DNA from: Candidatus Aenigmatarchaeota archaeon
GTDB taxonomy: Archaea > Aenigmatarchaeota > Aenigmatarchaeia > CG10238-14 > SCSR01
Direction: 5' to 3'
NCBI GenBank assembly: GCA_026397385.1
Contig: JAPLUY010000058.1
Location: 1 to 55,462 of the forward strand
Length of the DNA stretch: 55,462 bases
Shown: positions 41,450 through 49,958 of the stretch, in pieces
Layout: each line of letters starts with the position of its first letter
Position numbering within the stretch: the stretch's first letter is position 1
The notes under the pieces: model-generated
Databases searched by the model: none
What the model was told of the DNA's origin: nothing
Seen by the model: only the letters and a program-made list of their open reading frames with translations
Position numbers and translations under genes: made by a program

Positions 41450-42775
41450 TCAGAAAGGCATCTTCCCGCCGAGCTGCTTGATCATCTTCATCATGTCCTT
41501 GTTGCCGCGGCCGAGCATGCGCGTGAGTTTCTTTATCTGCTCGTACTGCTTGAGCATCTCGCGCACGTCCGACTCGGCCACGCCCGCGCCCTTGGCCACG
41601 CGCTTCACGCGGACGCTGTTCAGGAGCGACGGGGTCGTGCGCTCCTCCTTCGTGAGCGATTGTATGATTGTCTTGTACTTCTTCAGCTGCTGTTCCTGCT
41701 TCGCGAGCGCATCCTGCGGCAGCTTCAGCGCGCCGAGCCCGGGCAGCATGCCCGCGATCTTGTCGAGCGAGCCGATCTTGCCGACGCTCTCTATCTGCTC
41801 GAAAAAGTCGTCTAGCGTGAACTTGCCCTCGAGCATCTTCTCGGCTAGCTCCGGCCGCAGTTCCGCTTCCTTCGCCTTGTCGAGCAGCGTCTGCATGTCG
41901 CCGAGCCCGAGCATGCGCGAGACGAAACGCGTGGGATCGTACTGATCGAGCTCGTCGAGCTTCTCGCCGGTGCCGATGAACTTGACCTTCGCGCCCGTTG
42001 CTGCCGCGGCCGCAAGCGCACCGCCCGCCTTCGCCGTGCCGTCCATCTTCGTGACGATGACACCCGTTATGCCTACGAGCTTGTTGAACTCATCGGCCTG
42101 CCTGCGCGCTATCTTTCCGAGATCGGCCGGTATCGCCAGTATGACCTCGTCCGGTTTTATCATATCGCCAAGCTTTTTCAGCTCCGCTGCGAGGTCCGCA
42201 TCAAGCGCGTTGCGGCCTGCGGTGTCGAAAATGATGACGTCGTTCTTCGTGAACTTCTCCGTGGCTTCGCGCACAGCGGCATAAGGGTCCTTCTGTTCGC
42301 TCACATGCACAGGCACCCCTAGCTGCTCGCCAAGCTGCTGCAGCTGCTGCGGCGCCGCCGGCCTGTGATAGTCGAGCGCGACGAGCGCGGGCGTCTTGCC
42401 GCGCTTCTTCAAATATCGCGCCAGCTTGGCTATGGTCGTGGTCTTGCCGCTGCCGAAAAGGCCGACGAACATTATGCGCTTACGAGTGAGGATGTCGCCT
42501 TCGGCCGGTTTCTCGCCAAGTAGCGATACGAGTTCGTCGTATATCGTCTTCAACACGTGCTCGCGGAGCGTCAGCCCGGCGGGCGTCTTCTCCTGCAGGC
42601 ATTTCTTGCGTATGTCCGCGACGAGCTTGTCGATAAGATCGATGTCGACGTCCGACTGCAGAAGTATCTTTCGCAGGTCCTGCAGCACGCCCTCGACCGC
42701 TTCCTTGTCGACAGAGGTGCCTGTGATCAGGTTGCGTATAAGTTCTCCGAGGTTCTTTCCAAGATTGTCCAGCAT
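41450..42775 (-). CDS. srp54: signal recognition particle protein SRP54
   Basis: MLDNLGKNLGE start (ATG 42775), GLFGSGKTTT P-loop, DTAGR and TKMDG motifs, and a Met-rich M domain. Confidence 0.95.
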   Translation of the reverse strand: MLDNLGKNLGELIRNLITGTSVDKEAVEGVLQDLRKILLQSDVDIDLIDKLVADIRKKCLQEKTPAGLTLREHVLKTIYDELVSLLGEKPAEGDILTRKRIMFVGLFGSGKTTTIAKLARYLKKRGKTPALVALDYHRPAAPQQLQQLGEQLGVPVHVSEQKDPYAAVREATEKFTKNDVIIFDTAGRNALDADLAAELKKLGDMIKPDEVILAIPADLGKIARRQADEFNKLVGITGVIVTKMDGTAKAGGALAAAAATGAKVKFIGTGEKLDELDQYDPTRFVSRMLGLGDMQTLLDKAKEAELRPELAEKMLEGKFTLDDFFEQIESVGKIGSLDKIAGMLPGLGALKLPQDALAKQEQQLKKYKTIIQSLTKEERTTPSLLNSVRVKRVAKGAGVAESDVREMLKQYEQIKKLTRMLGRGNKDMMKMIKQLGGKMPF

Positions 42776-42827
42776 ACAAAGCACCGGCGAATCAATCTTC
42801 GCTTGCAAATCTTAAATCCTAAACTGG

Positions 42828-44096
42828 TTAGCCGAGAACGCGGCTGACGAACTTCTCCGCGTCGAACTTCTCGAAATCCTTGTACTCTTGCCCTATTCCG
42901 AGGAAGAGAATCGGTTTTCGCAGTTCGTTTGTGACGGATAATATTGCCCCGCCTTTCTCGTTAACGTCCACTTTTGTGAAAATCACCGCGTCCACACCGA
43001 TGCCGCCGAACGCGCGTGCCTGTTCGAGCGCGTCGTTGCCAGTCATCGAGTCTATAATAAGCACCTTCAGGTCTGGCTTGTTCACGCGTACCATCTTCTG
43101 CAGTTCCTGCATGAGGTTCTGGTTCGTGTGAACGCGACCTGCGGAATCGGCGAGCACGTACTCTATGCCTTTCGCCTTCGCATGTTCGACAGCATCGTAA
43201 ACTATCGCGGCCGGATCCGAGCCGTAGTTGTGCTTGATTACATTGACGCCTATCTTGTCAGCGTGCTCCTCGAGCTGCTCAATCGCAGCTGCGCGCCACG
43301 AGTCGGCTGCCGCAAGCACCACGCTGTGGCCGCGCTCCTTCAAAAAGTTCGCGATCTTCGCGATCGACGTCGTCTTGCCGCTTCCGTTGAATCCGAGGAA
43401 CAGCAGCACTACGGGTTTCTTCGTATCCGAGAGCTTCTCCAAGTCGACCTGCGGCACGTCAAGGATGCCGAGCAGGCTCTGCCTGAACGCCGAGACTATC
43501 TCCTCGCTCTCCTTGCCGCGTCTGATCTCCTTGCCGACCAGCCCCTTCAGCAGGTCCGCCTTTATTCGCTCCGCGACGTCAATCGCCACGTCCGCGTCTA
43601 TGAGATCGGTCTCGAGCTCGTTCAGCACAGGCAGCAGGTCCTTCTCATCTATGCGCTTCTCCGTCACTGTCTTGACGGCCTTCTCGAAAATCTTCGATAT
43701 GAACGACTTCTTCTCCGGCGGTTTCAGAATCCCAACTTGCTTTACAATCTGCTCGGATTTTTTCGTTATGATAACTGGTTTCAATTCCTCCTTTTTTTCA
43801 GGCTTAGGTTTTGTCTCTTCCTTTAGAAGCGTAGGTTTCTCTTCAGCTATTTTTTCAGTCGGCTTTTCAATCGCAGGTGCAGTTACTATTGTGGCCGGCT
43901 CTGGAAAAAGTTGTTCGGTCGGCGTTTCAATCGGCTTCTCGATGGGAGCTTCGATTTTCTCTACGGGGTTCTCCACGGTCGATTGAACCGACTCCGGCTT
44001 TGGTTCTTCTTTCTTCGGCTCCTGCTCCTTCTCCTTGAACTTTTCAGAAATGGACTTGATTGCCTTGGAGAGCTTGTCCTTGAGTATGCCGAACAT
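42828..44096 (-). CDS. ftsY: signal recognition particle receptor FtsY
   Basis: 422 aa with a Lys/Glu/Pro-rich N-terminal region followed by an NG domain (GFNGSGKTTS, DSAGR, TKVD). Confidence 0.95.
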   Translation of the reverse strand: MFGILKDKLSKAIKSISEKFKEKEQEPKKEEPKPESVQSTVENPVEKIEAPIEKPIETPTEQLFPEPATIVTAPAIEKPTEKIAEEKPTLLKEETKPKPEKKEELKPVIITKKSEQIVKQVGILKPPEKKSFISKIFEKAVKTVTEKRIDEKDLLPVLNELETDLIDADVAIDVAERIKADLLKGLVGKEIRRGKESEEIVSAFRQSLLGILDVPQVDLEKLSDTKKPVVLLFLGFNGSGKTTSIAKIANFLKERGHSVVLAAADSWRAAAIEQLEEHADKIGVNVIKHNYGSDPAAIVYDAVEHAKAKGIEYVLADSAGRVHTNQNLMQELQKMVRVNKPDLKVLIIDSMTGNDALEQARAFGGIGVDAVIFTKVDVNEKGGAILSVTNELRKPILFLGIGQEYKDFEKFDAEKFVSRVLG

Positions 44097-44111
44097 AGTA
44101 CCGCCTGCCGA

Positions 44112-44546
44112 CTACTGCGGCCCGCGCGAGCGTGACATCGCCTGCACCTCGTTCTCTATGCCCTGCAGCATCATGGCGACCGTCTGTATGTCCTTCTGCA
44201 GGACTTCGACCGCCTGTTCGAGGTCCTTGCGGCGCGCCTCCAATATCGACTTCGCATCCGCGGGCGTGCGTTCCACGGCCACATCGGAGCCTACTTCCAC
44301 AATAAGCTTCGCATTCGTGTCCAGCGCGCCCTTCGCATAGACGGCGGTGCCGAGCGGCACCATCGCGTCGCCACGTCCGGCCGCGATTTCGTCTATCGCG
44401 CCGAGCGTGCTGTTGATCTCCGCGACCTTGGACGCGAAGCTGGCCTGCTGCCGCACGAGCGCATCCATCCTCTCCTCTAGCTGGCGGTATGCGAGTATCC
44501 TTTCCTGCACCAGCCTGTCGTCCTGCATCGCGTTTTCATCAGCCAT
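44112..44546 (-). CDS. pfdA: prefoldin alpha subunit
   Basis: 144 aa with two coiled-coil arms flanking a beta hairpin region (VPLGTAVYAKG...IVEVGSDVAVE). Confidence 0.85.
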   Translation of the reverse strand: MADENAMQDDRLVQERILAYRQLEERMDALVRQQASFASKVAEINSTLGAIDEIAAGRGDAMVPLGTAVYAKGALDTNAKLIVEVGSDVAVERTPADAKSILEARRKDLEQAVEVLQKDIQTVAMMLQGIENEVQAMSRSRGPQ

Positions 44547-44651
44547 ATAAGTGCACCGAAGCGCGTTTCCTGCGATTTAAAGATAGTTTATTTTAATCAG
44601 ATTTAAATAGAAGTTTGCGACAATTGTATTTAGTTGGACGGTTGCTTCGGT

Positions 44652-45275
44652 ATGGTTTTCGGCAAACGCTTGATTGTTCTGATTGCAGTCCTGGTTGTGG
44701 CTATTATCCTCGCGGCGCTCTTCCTAACGGGCATGATACCCACGACAGGCGCTGCGGTCGCCCTGACGAACATATTCGGCCCGTCGAAGGAGACTATCGC
44801 GGCGAACGTCAAAAACTTGTATGAGCTGGCGAATCCTGGCGTGACGACATCGGTCGTAACGACGACCGAGCAGGACGGGATGTACAAAATCGTGTTAAAG
44901 CTGGACAGCCAGTCCGGGACTAGTTACAACGAGGTCTTTGTCACGAAGGATGGCGAGATGATGGCGGACAGCAGCAACATGGTGCCCGTGCAACAGTACG
45001 TGTCATCGATAACCAATTACAGAAACTTCGTAAGCTGCCTTTATGGGAAGGGCGTGCGCATAGCCGGCCTGACGAACCAGACTGCTACGGACACGCAGCT
45101 CAACCTGCTGGGCCGATACAGCCCCGCGTTGTTCGTCGACTGCGGGACAAACCTGAACGCGTGCATCTCCGCCAACGTCACGCAGGTCCCGAGCGTGGTC
45201 ATAGGACAGTACGTCATACCTGGCGTGCAGAGCGTTGATTGGTTCACGCAGGTGACGGGCTGCAAGCTCGGTTGA
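44652..45275 (+). CDS. membrane-anchored extracytoplasmic protein, possibly thioredoxin-like fold (~207 aa)
   Basis: ATG at 44652 (MVFGKRLIVLIAVLVVAIILAALF, a TM anchor). The C-terminal part has several Cys and a VPSVVIG segment. No family is firmly recognised. Confidence 0.55.
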   Translation: MVFGKRLIVLIAVLVVAIILAALFLTGMIPTTGAAVALTNIFGPSKETIAANVKNLYELANPGVTTSVVTTTEQDGMYKIVLKLDSQSGTSYNEVFVTKDGEMMADSSNMVPVQQYVSSITNYRNFVSCLYGKGVRIAGLTNQTATDTQLNLLGRYSPALFVDCGTNLNACISANVTQVPSVVIGQYVIPGVQSVDWFTQVTGCKLG

Positions 45276-45323
45276 AACGCCTGATAGCTACTCTTAATCC
45301 CAGCAGTTTCTGGAAGAAGTAAG

Positions 45324-45394
45324 TGGGTCCACCCGGAGTCGGACCGGGCTCTCCACCTTGTAAGGGTGGCGTCCTACCGATAGACTATGAACCC
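45324..45394 (-). tRNA. tRNA-Val (anticodon UAC), unusual T loop
   Basis: The reverse complement is GGGTTCATAGTCTATCGGTAGGACGCCACCCTTACAAGGTGGAGAGCCCGGTCCGACTCCGGGTGGACCCA. The cloverleaf is good, but the T loop reads TCCGACT (C at position 55) rather than TTCRAAT. Confidence 0.75.
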
Positions 45395-45427
45395 ATTGGC
45401 TGCGACGCTATAAATTTAGCGGCTTCG

Positions 45428-47689
45428 TTAAAATAAAAAGCTTGCAAGCACGGCAGCCAAGAGCACCAGCTGCACGAGGCCGTAGGCGTCGAACTCCGGC
45501 AGACTCTTATCCGTGCCCCTCACCGACACCGGCACGCTGAACTGTATCGATGGCTGCGACACCGAAGAGACGACCACGTTCACCGTGGTGGACTGGCGGC
45601 TGACGAGGAGCGTCAGCTTCGCGTATATCTGCTGAACGTCGTTGTTATTCAAGGATTCTGTAGTCTGGGATCCGTCCGTCACCATCACCAAATTGGGGTT
45701 CGTAGGGGTTACGCTCACGCTGTACGTGTCCGTGAGCGTGCCGTTGTTCTTTATGGTTATCAGCAGGTTCTCCTGTTCTCCGAGGGTCGGATTCATCGTG
45801 CTAGGCACGCTGACTTCGAGAGAGCGCGGGTAGAAGTTTATTATGTTCTCGTACTTCGTCGACGGCTGCGCGGTGTCGTACGCGGTGCAGTTCAGTTTGT
45901 TCGCTACCGTGCGCGACCCTCCGGACGCCGGAGCGGTGTTGTATGCCGGGGCGTTAATCGTGCATCCGCCTCCTCCGGCCGGGCCGGTGTACGGGAACGG
46001 GTTGCAGTTCTGCGCGTCGTTGAGCGTGCATTTGACGCTGACCGAAATCCCTCCGGAGTATTCAGTCACCCAGTTCACATTCAGCTGGTTGGTTTTTGTC
46101 AGGAACGAAAACGACGTGAAGCGCATAGCTTGTGGCATGGTTGTTGTAGTGGTGCTTGGCGCGATGGTGGTTGTAGTAGTGGTGCTCGTAGTAGTTGTGG
46201 TTGTAGTTGGTATGCTCTGGTAGTCGGCCAGCACTTCGGCCGCGGTCAAGGCTCTTCCGAAAATCTTAACTTCATCAAGCGTGCCGTTGAAATTCCTGGA
46301 ATACGCCCTCCACTGTCCGATGTTCAGGTTGGTGGCGGTATTTATAGAGCTTGTGCGCGTCCTCGTCGTGGACGTCACTAGGGCACCATTTTTGTATCCT
46401 TTTATCTGCGGGCTCGTAGCTGCTCCGTCGTCTACTGTTATAGCCACATAAGTCCATCCGGTATTCCTCATATCGCCCAGCGATATGCTGTCGTAACCAG
46501 TATCGCGCCCATCGCTAATATCGAACACTAGATTGTTTCCGGGCGCGGAATCTCCAAGGCCGGTGTAAGCCAACCAGAAGCCAAGCTTCGCAGCAGTGCC
46601 GCCGGTCCAGTCGCTGCTGTTGCTTTTGTCCATTATCGCGGTGTAGACCTCTGAGTTGAATCCTCCGTTTACCCAAAATGCGATAGTGAACGCCCCGGAG
46701 CTTAGGTTCAGGATCGCGCTTTTTCCACAGTCCATGTAGTCGTTCACGCCGTCGAACCTGAGACAGCTACCGGACTTGCAGTTCGCGCCGGTAGCCCATC
46801 CGCTCGTCGAATTACCGGCAATGTTCATGTTCGTGAGCGTTCCAGTGTTGCCGCTGCCTGACGAGTCCGCCGCGGTCGCATATCCGCTGCCGTCGTCTAG
46901 CTTCCAATACGCAATCGTGCCTGATGGGAGAGTTGTTGTCGTGGTTGTTGTGACGATTGTTGTGGTCGTAGTTGACATGCTCTGATAATCTGCCAGCACC
47001 TCGGCTGCGCTCAAGACGCTGTTATAGATTTTCACCTCGTCGATTGTTCCGTTGAAATAGTAACTTGCTCCCAAACGTCCCATGTAGACAGTGCTTCCTG
47101 CGGTTCCAGAATGAGATGTTCCATCGCATTGTGCGAGGGGCTGGTCAACTCCGTTTATGTAAATCTTGTTATTTCCTGTGTAATTCCCGTTGAAAAACAC
47201 TAAAGTGACATAGGCCCACTTCGTGTTGATTGCCGACAGGTCCGTCATCCCATAAGAGTCGCCTGCCCCTGTGTTAAAGCCCATGCAACTCGCGGCTTCT
47301 ATCCAAAAATCGTAGGTGTTTCCTATGTTGATTGGTATTTGGTTCGTCTTGCCATTCCAATACATCCAGAAGCTGACAGTGTTGTAGTTTCCGGCGGTGA
47401 TATTAAGAGGGATGCTTGCGGCTGAGATGTAATCGTTCACGCCGTCGAACCTGAGACAGCTACCGGACTTGCAATTCGACGGGCTTTGCCAACCGCTCGT
47501 AGCGTTGCCGGTCGTGCTCATGTTCCTCAGCGTTGCGGTATAGCCGTTGCCCGACGAGTCCGCTGCGGTCGATCCGCTCCCATCGTCGAACTTCCAATAG
47601 ACAAGCGGGCTTGCCGCACTGGCGCCCCTAGGCAGCGAGGAAAGAGCTACTAGGAAAACCAAAACCAAAACAACCTTCCGGATTTCCAT
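45428..47689 (-). CDS. large surface protein with two LamG/concanavalin-like domains, poly-Thr linkers and C-terminal TM anchor (753 aa)
   Basis: It has a signal peptide (VLVLVFLVALSSLPRGASA). The module YWK.DDGSG..A.DSSG.G.T.TL.NM...GN.TSGW....NCKSGSCLRFDGVNDY ... GT(I/L)DEVKI. is duplicated. Poly-Thr runs (TTTTTIVTTTTTTT and TTTTTTTSTTTTTT) and a C-terminal hydrophobic helix are present. Confidence 0.8.
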   Translation of the reverse strand: MEIRKVVLVLVFLVALSSLPRGASAASPLVYWKFDDGSGSTAADSSGNGYTATLRNMSTTGNATSGWQSPSNCKSGSCLRFDGVNDYISAASIPLNITAGNYNTVSFWMYWNGKTNQIPINIGNTYDFWIEAASCMGFNTGAGDSYGMTDLSAINTKWAYVTLVFFNGNYTGNNKIYINGVDQPLAQCDGTSHSGTAGSTVYMGRLGASYYFNGTIDEVKIYNSVLSAAEVLADYQSMSTTTTTIVTTTTTTTLPSGTIAYWKLDDGSGYATAADSSGSGNTGTLTNMNIAGNSTSGWATGANCKSGSCLRFDGVNDYMDCGKSAILNLSSGAFTIAFWVNGGFNSEVYTAIMDKSNSSDWTGGTAAKLGFWLAYTGLGDSAPGNNLVFDISDGRDTGYDSISLGDMRNTGWTYVAITVDDGAATSPQIKGYKNGALVTSTTRTRTSSINTATNLNIGQWRAYSRNFNGTLDEVKIFGRALTAAEVLADYQSIPTTTTTTTSTTTTTTIAPSTTTTTMPQAMRFTSFSFLTKTNQLNVNWVTEYSGGISVSVKCTLNDAQNCNPFPYTGPAGGGGCTINAPAYNTAPASGGSRTVANKLNCTAYDTAQPSTKYENIINFYPRSLEVSVPSTMNPTLGEQENLLITIKNNGTLTDTYSVSVTPTNPNLVMVTDGSQTTESLNNNDVQQIYAKLTLLVSRQSTTVNVVVSSVSQPSIQFSVPVSVRGTDKSLPEFDAYGLVQLVLLAAVLASFLF

Positions 47690-47711
47690 ATTAGTTATTT
47701 CGGTTGCGACA

Positions 47712-48140
47712 TTATTTAATCGAACGCGGCCGGCCGGCCCTCAGGAGCTCGAACGATTTCAGGCAGGCGGCCGTCCTGAAATCCACGTCCATCGTTTTAA
47801 TCTCGACCGGACTCGCCCATACGTGCGGCACGCGTATGCTTTCATCGGGAGAGTCTGCGGAAAAATTGTAGACAACTTCGACGACACCGCCGCGCCTCGC
47901 GACGAAGCTGCCTGTATATTCGACCGGAACGTCACGGCTGCTCGTAAACCCGTCGAGCGTCCTTCGCATGGTGTCGTCAAGGCTGCCGTTTAGGTTTCCA
48001 TCGAACTCCTTGGAAGGGAACCCCATACATCCGCTCTCATCGGGACCTACCAGAAGCATGCGGCCGGCATTCTTCATAGCGAAAACGATTACGGAGACTA
48101 GCTTCGTATCCCCGAGCGCACGCTTCCTGGCCGCCTTCAT
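47712..48140 (-). CDS. hypothetical protein (~143 aa) upstream of the LamG surface gene
   Basis: ATG at 48140 lies about 26 nt downstream of a TTAAATA box (48163-48169, minus strand), which suggests a leaderless start. Its stop is 22 nt from the start of the 753-aa gene. No family recognised. Confidence 0.45.
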   Translation of the reverse strand: MKAARKRALGDTKLVSVIVFAMKNAGRMLLVGPDESGCMGFPSKEFDGNLNGSLDDTMRRTLDGFTSSRDVPVEYTGSFVARRGGVVEVVYNFSADSPDESIRVPHVWASPVEIKTMDVDFRTAACLKSFELLRAGRPRSIK

Positions 48141-48264
48141 CAAATTTTGTTCGCTCCGGCGTGTATTTAACGGACCGCCACCACTTGCGGTGGTGAAATG
48201 TGGACATGCTGCAACTTTCCAAGGTCGTATAACGTTATCAGCCTCTGTTCTGCAAATCAGAGTT

Positions 48265-48633
48265 ATGAGCGGGGACAAGAGGGGCACGGTCGAGCGCACC
48301 AAGGGATACCTTACGAAGCCGTCGACGCACTTCGGCGTTTACGCTGCTGGGTGGGGCGCGCTGATCGGCGGTAGCGGAGGGCTAGTGAAAGGAGCGTACG
48401 ACGCACTTTATGCGGAAGGCCCGTTGATAATAGCGGACGCGCTCAGAGGGTCGTGGCAGGATGCGGCTTATCACCTCGGAGTGGCCGCTGGCAGGGCTTT
48501 CGCGACCTCCGCGGCTTTCGCGGAAGCTAGCGCTTTCGTTGGGTACGCAGGCGGTTCGCTCATGACCGAACGCGCCCTCGGTTACGCTTCGTCATTTTCC
48601 AGATGGATTTTCGGGGATTCGAATCATGGCTAG
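48265..48633 (+). CDS. hypothetical Gly/Ala-rich protein (122 aa)
   Basis: ATG at 48265 within longer ORF 47968..48633. It has glycine-zipper-like segments (AAGWGALIGGSGGLVKGA) and is transcribed divergently from 47712..48140. Confidence 0.45.
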   Translation: MSGDKRGTVERTKGYLTKPSTHFGVYAAGWGALIGGSGGLVKGAYDALYAEGPLIIADALRGSWQDAAYHLGVAAGRAFATSAAFAEASAFVGYAGGSLMTERALGYASSFSRWIFGDSNHG

Positions 48634-48940
48634 ATGTTTGGAGGTGGAGATTGTGAATGGACAAGGTACTGATAACAACAACGGTTCCGCCAGTTCGGCA
48701 TATCCACGTGCGGAAGGACCCGTGTCGCACGGATGGTTCTCGTTGGGGCAGGGCCGCGGGATCAAGTGGACTCTGTGGAAGACTAGCGTGACCTTCCAGC
48801 GTCAGGAAAAGCAGGGTGACAGATGGATAGCGCTCGAGGAACTGCACGTCGCGCCTAAAGTGCTGAAGGAGATGGTCTGGCGCATACCGGGCTGGCTCGA
48901 GACGGTCGAGCGTAGCGAAGAAAGCGTAGGTAAGAAGTGA
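48626..48940 (+). CDS. hypothetical protein (104 aa)
   Basis: It overlaps the previous ORF by 8 nt and sits in the same operon as the TrmB-like regulator. No family recognised. Confidence 0.4.
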   Translation: MARCLEVEIVNGQGTDNNNGSASSAYPRAEGPVSHGWFSLGQGRGIKWTLWKTSVTFQRQEKQGDRWIALEELHVAPKVLKEMVWRIPGWLETVERSEESVGKK

Positions 48941-48962
48941 CCAACGCTGGGGATGTCGCAAA

Positions 48963-49955
48963 ATGGACAGGTTTATAAGAAACGGCCGACAGGAATTAAT
49001 TCATAGGGAGACCGGCCGCTTCTTCCTCAACGAGCGCATGCGTTTGCGCGTCTCGGACAGCCGGTTCCTTGGCATCGAGAACATCGAGAGCGATGACGAC
49101 GGCCGCAAAGGGAAAGCCGGGAGTGACGGTACGGTGAACCGAGAGGAAATCCTGCGCACGCTCGCCAGCTGCGGGCTGAGCGAGTACGAATCCAAGGCGT
49201 ACGCTTCGCTCGTTTTCATCGGCCCGTCGAGGGCTGGCGCGATCAGCCGCGAGTCGAACGTGCCGCAGTCTAAGATATACGAAATCCTTGACCAGCTGAT
49301 GGACAAGCAGATGGTCGAGATGTTCGACGGCCGGCCCAAGGAATTCAAGGCTGTCGCGCCAGGCGTGGCTCTGAAGAACCTCCTCGAGGAGCGCACGCAC
49401 GAGCTCGACGCGCTGAAGGGCAAAGTCGGGGTCATCGGCGACTTCCTCAAGCCGACGAAGCCGACCGAGGTGCTGGGCGGCATCTGGACGATCAAGGGCG
49501 AGAAGTTCAAGGAGTTCTTCAACAAGGCCGCGGAGATGATGAACCGCAGCGAGCGGTACGTATACGCCATAACGCGCGACTTTTCGCGCACGGCATCGCT
49601 TGCGGACGCATTGCACAAGGCGAAGAAGCGCGGCGTGAAGGTGCGCGTGATAGGCATGGAACATGTTAACGAGCAGAACTACTACAAGGCAAGATGGTAC
49701 ACTGACCACGGCATAGACGTGCGCGTTTTCGAGACTGCCGTGCATCCGAGGATGCTCGTCGCCGACGGAAAGGAGATACTTCTTCGGTTGGACTACGACC
49801 CCGGCAAGCGCAACGGCTTCTTCTTCAGCTCGATGTGGTCGGAAGACGCCTCGCTCGTGGCCGTGATCGACAGCTACGTGAAGAACATGTGGGAGAACGC
49901 CGAATCACTGGACATCAAGAAAGTAAAGCCGCCCGAGGCGGCTCAGGCTGCGTGA
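48963..49955 (+). CDS. TrmB-like transcriptional regulator with N-terminal extension (330 aa)
   Basis: The winged helix LASCGLSEYESKAYASLVFIGPSRAGAISRESNVPQSKIYEILDQLMDKQMV is typical of TrmB, and a C-terminal TrmB-C-like domain is present. The first ~55 aa are an unassigned extension. Confidence 0.75.
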   Translation: MDRFIRNGRQELIHRETGRFFLNERMRLRVSDSRFLGIENIESDDDGRKGKAGSDGTVNREEILRTLASCGLSEYESKAYASLVFIGPSRAGAISRESNVPQSKIYEILDQLMDKQMVEMFDGRPKEFKAVAPGVALKNLLEERTHELDALKGKVGVIGDFLKPTKPTEVLGGIWTIKGEKFKEFFNKAAEMMNRSERYVYAITRDFSRTASLADALHKAKKRGVKVRVIGMEHVNEQNYYKARWYTDHGIDVRVFETAVHPRMLVADGKEILLRLDYDPGKRNGFFFSSMWSEDASLVAVIDSYVKNMWENAESLDIKKVKPPEAAQAA

Positions 49956-49958
49956 ATG

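Noticed and set aside
46130-46215. Tandem-looking GGTTGTAGT/GGTGCT DNA repeats (also 46925..46975)
   Set aside because: They are simply the antisense of poly-threonine codon runs inside the 753-aa surface protein gene, not an independent repeat element.
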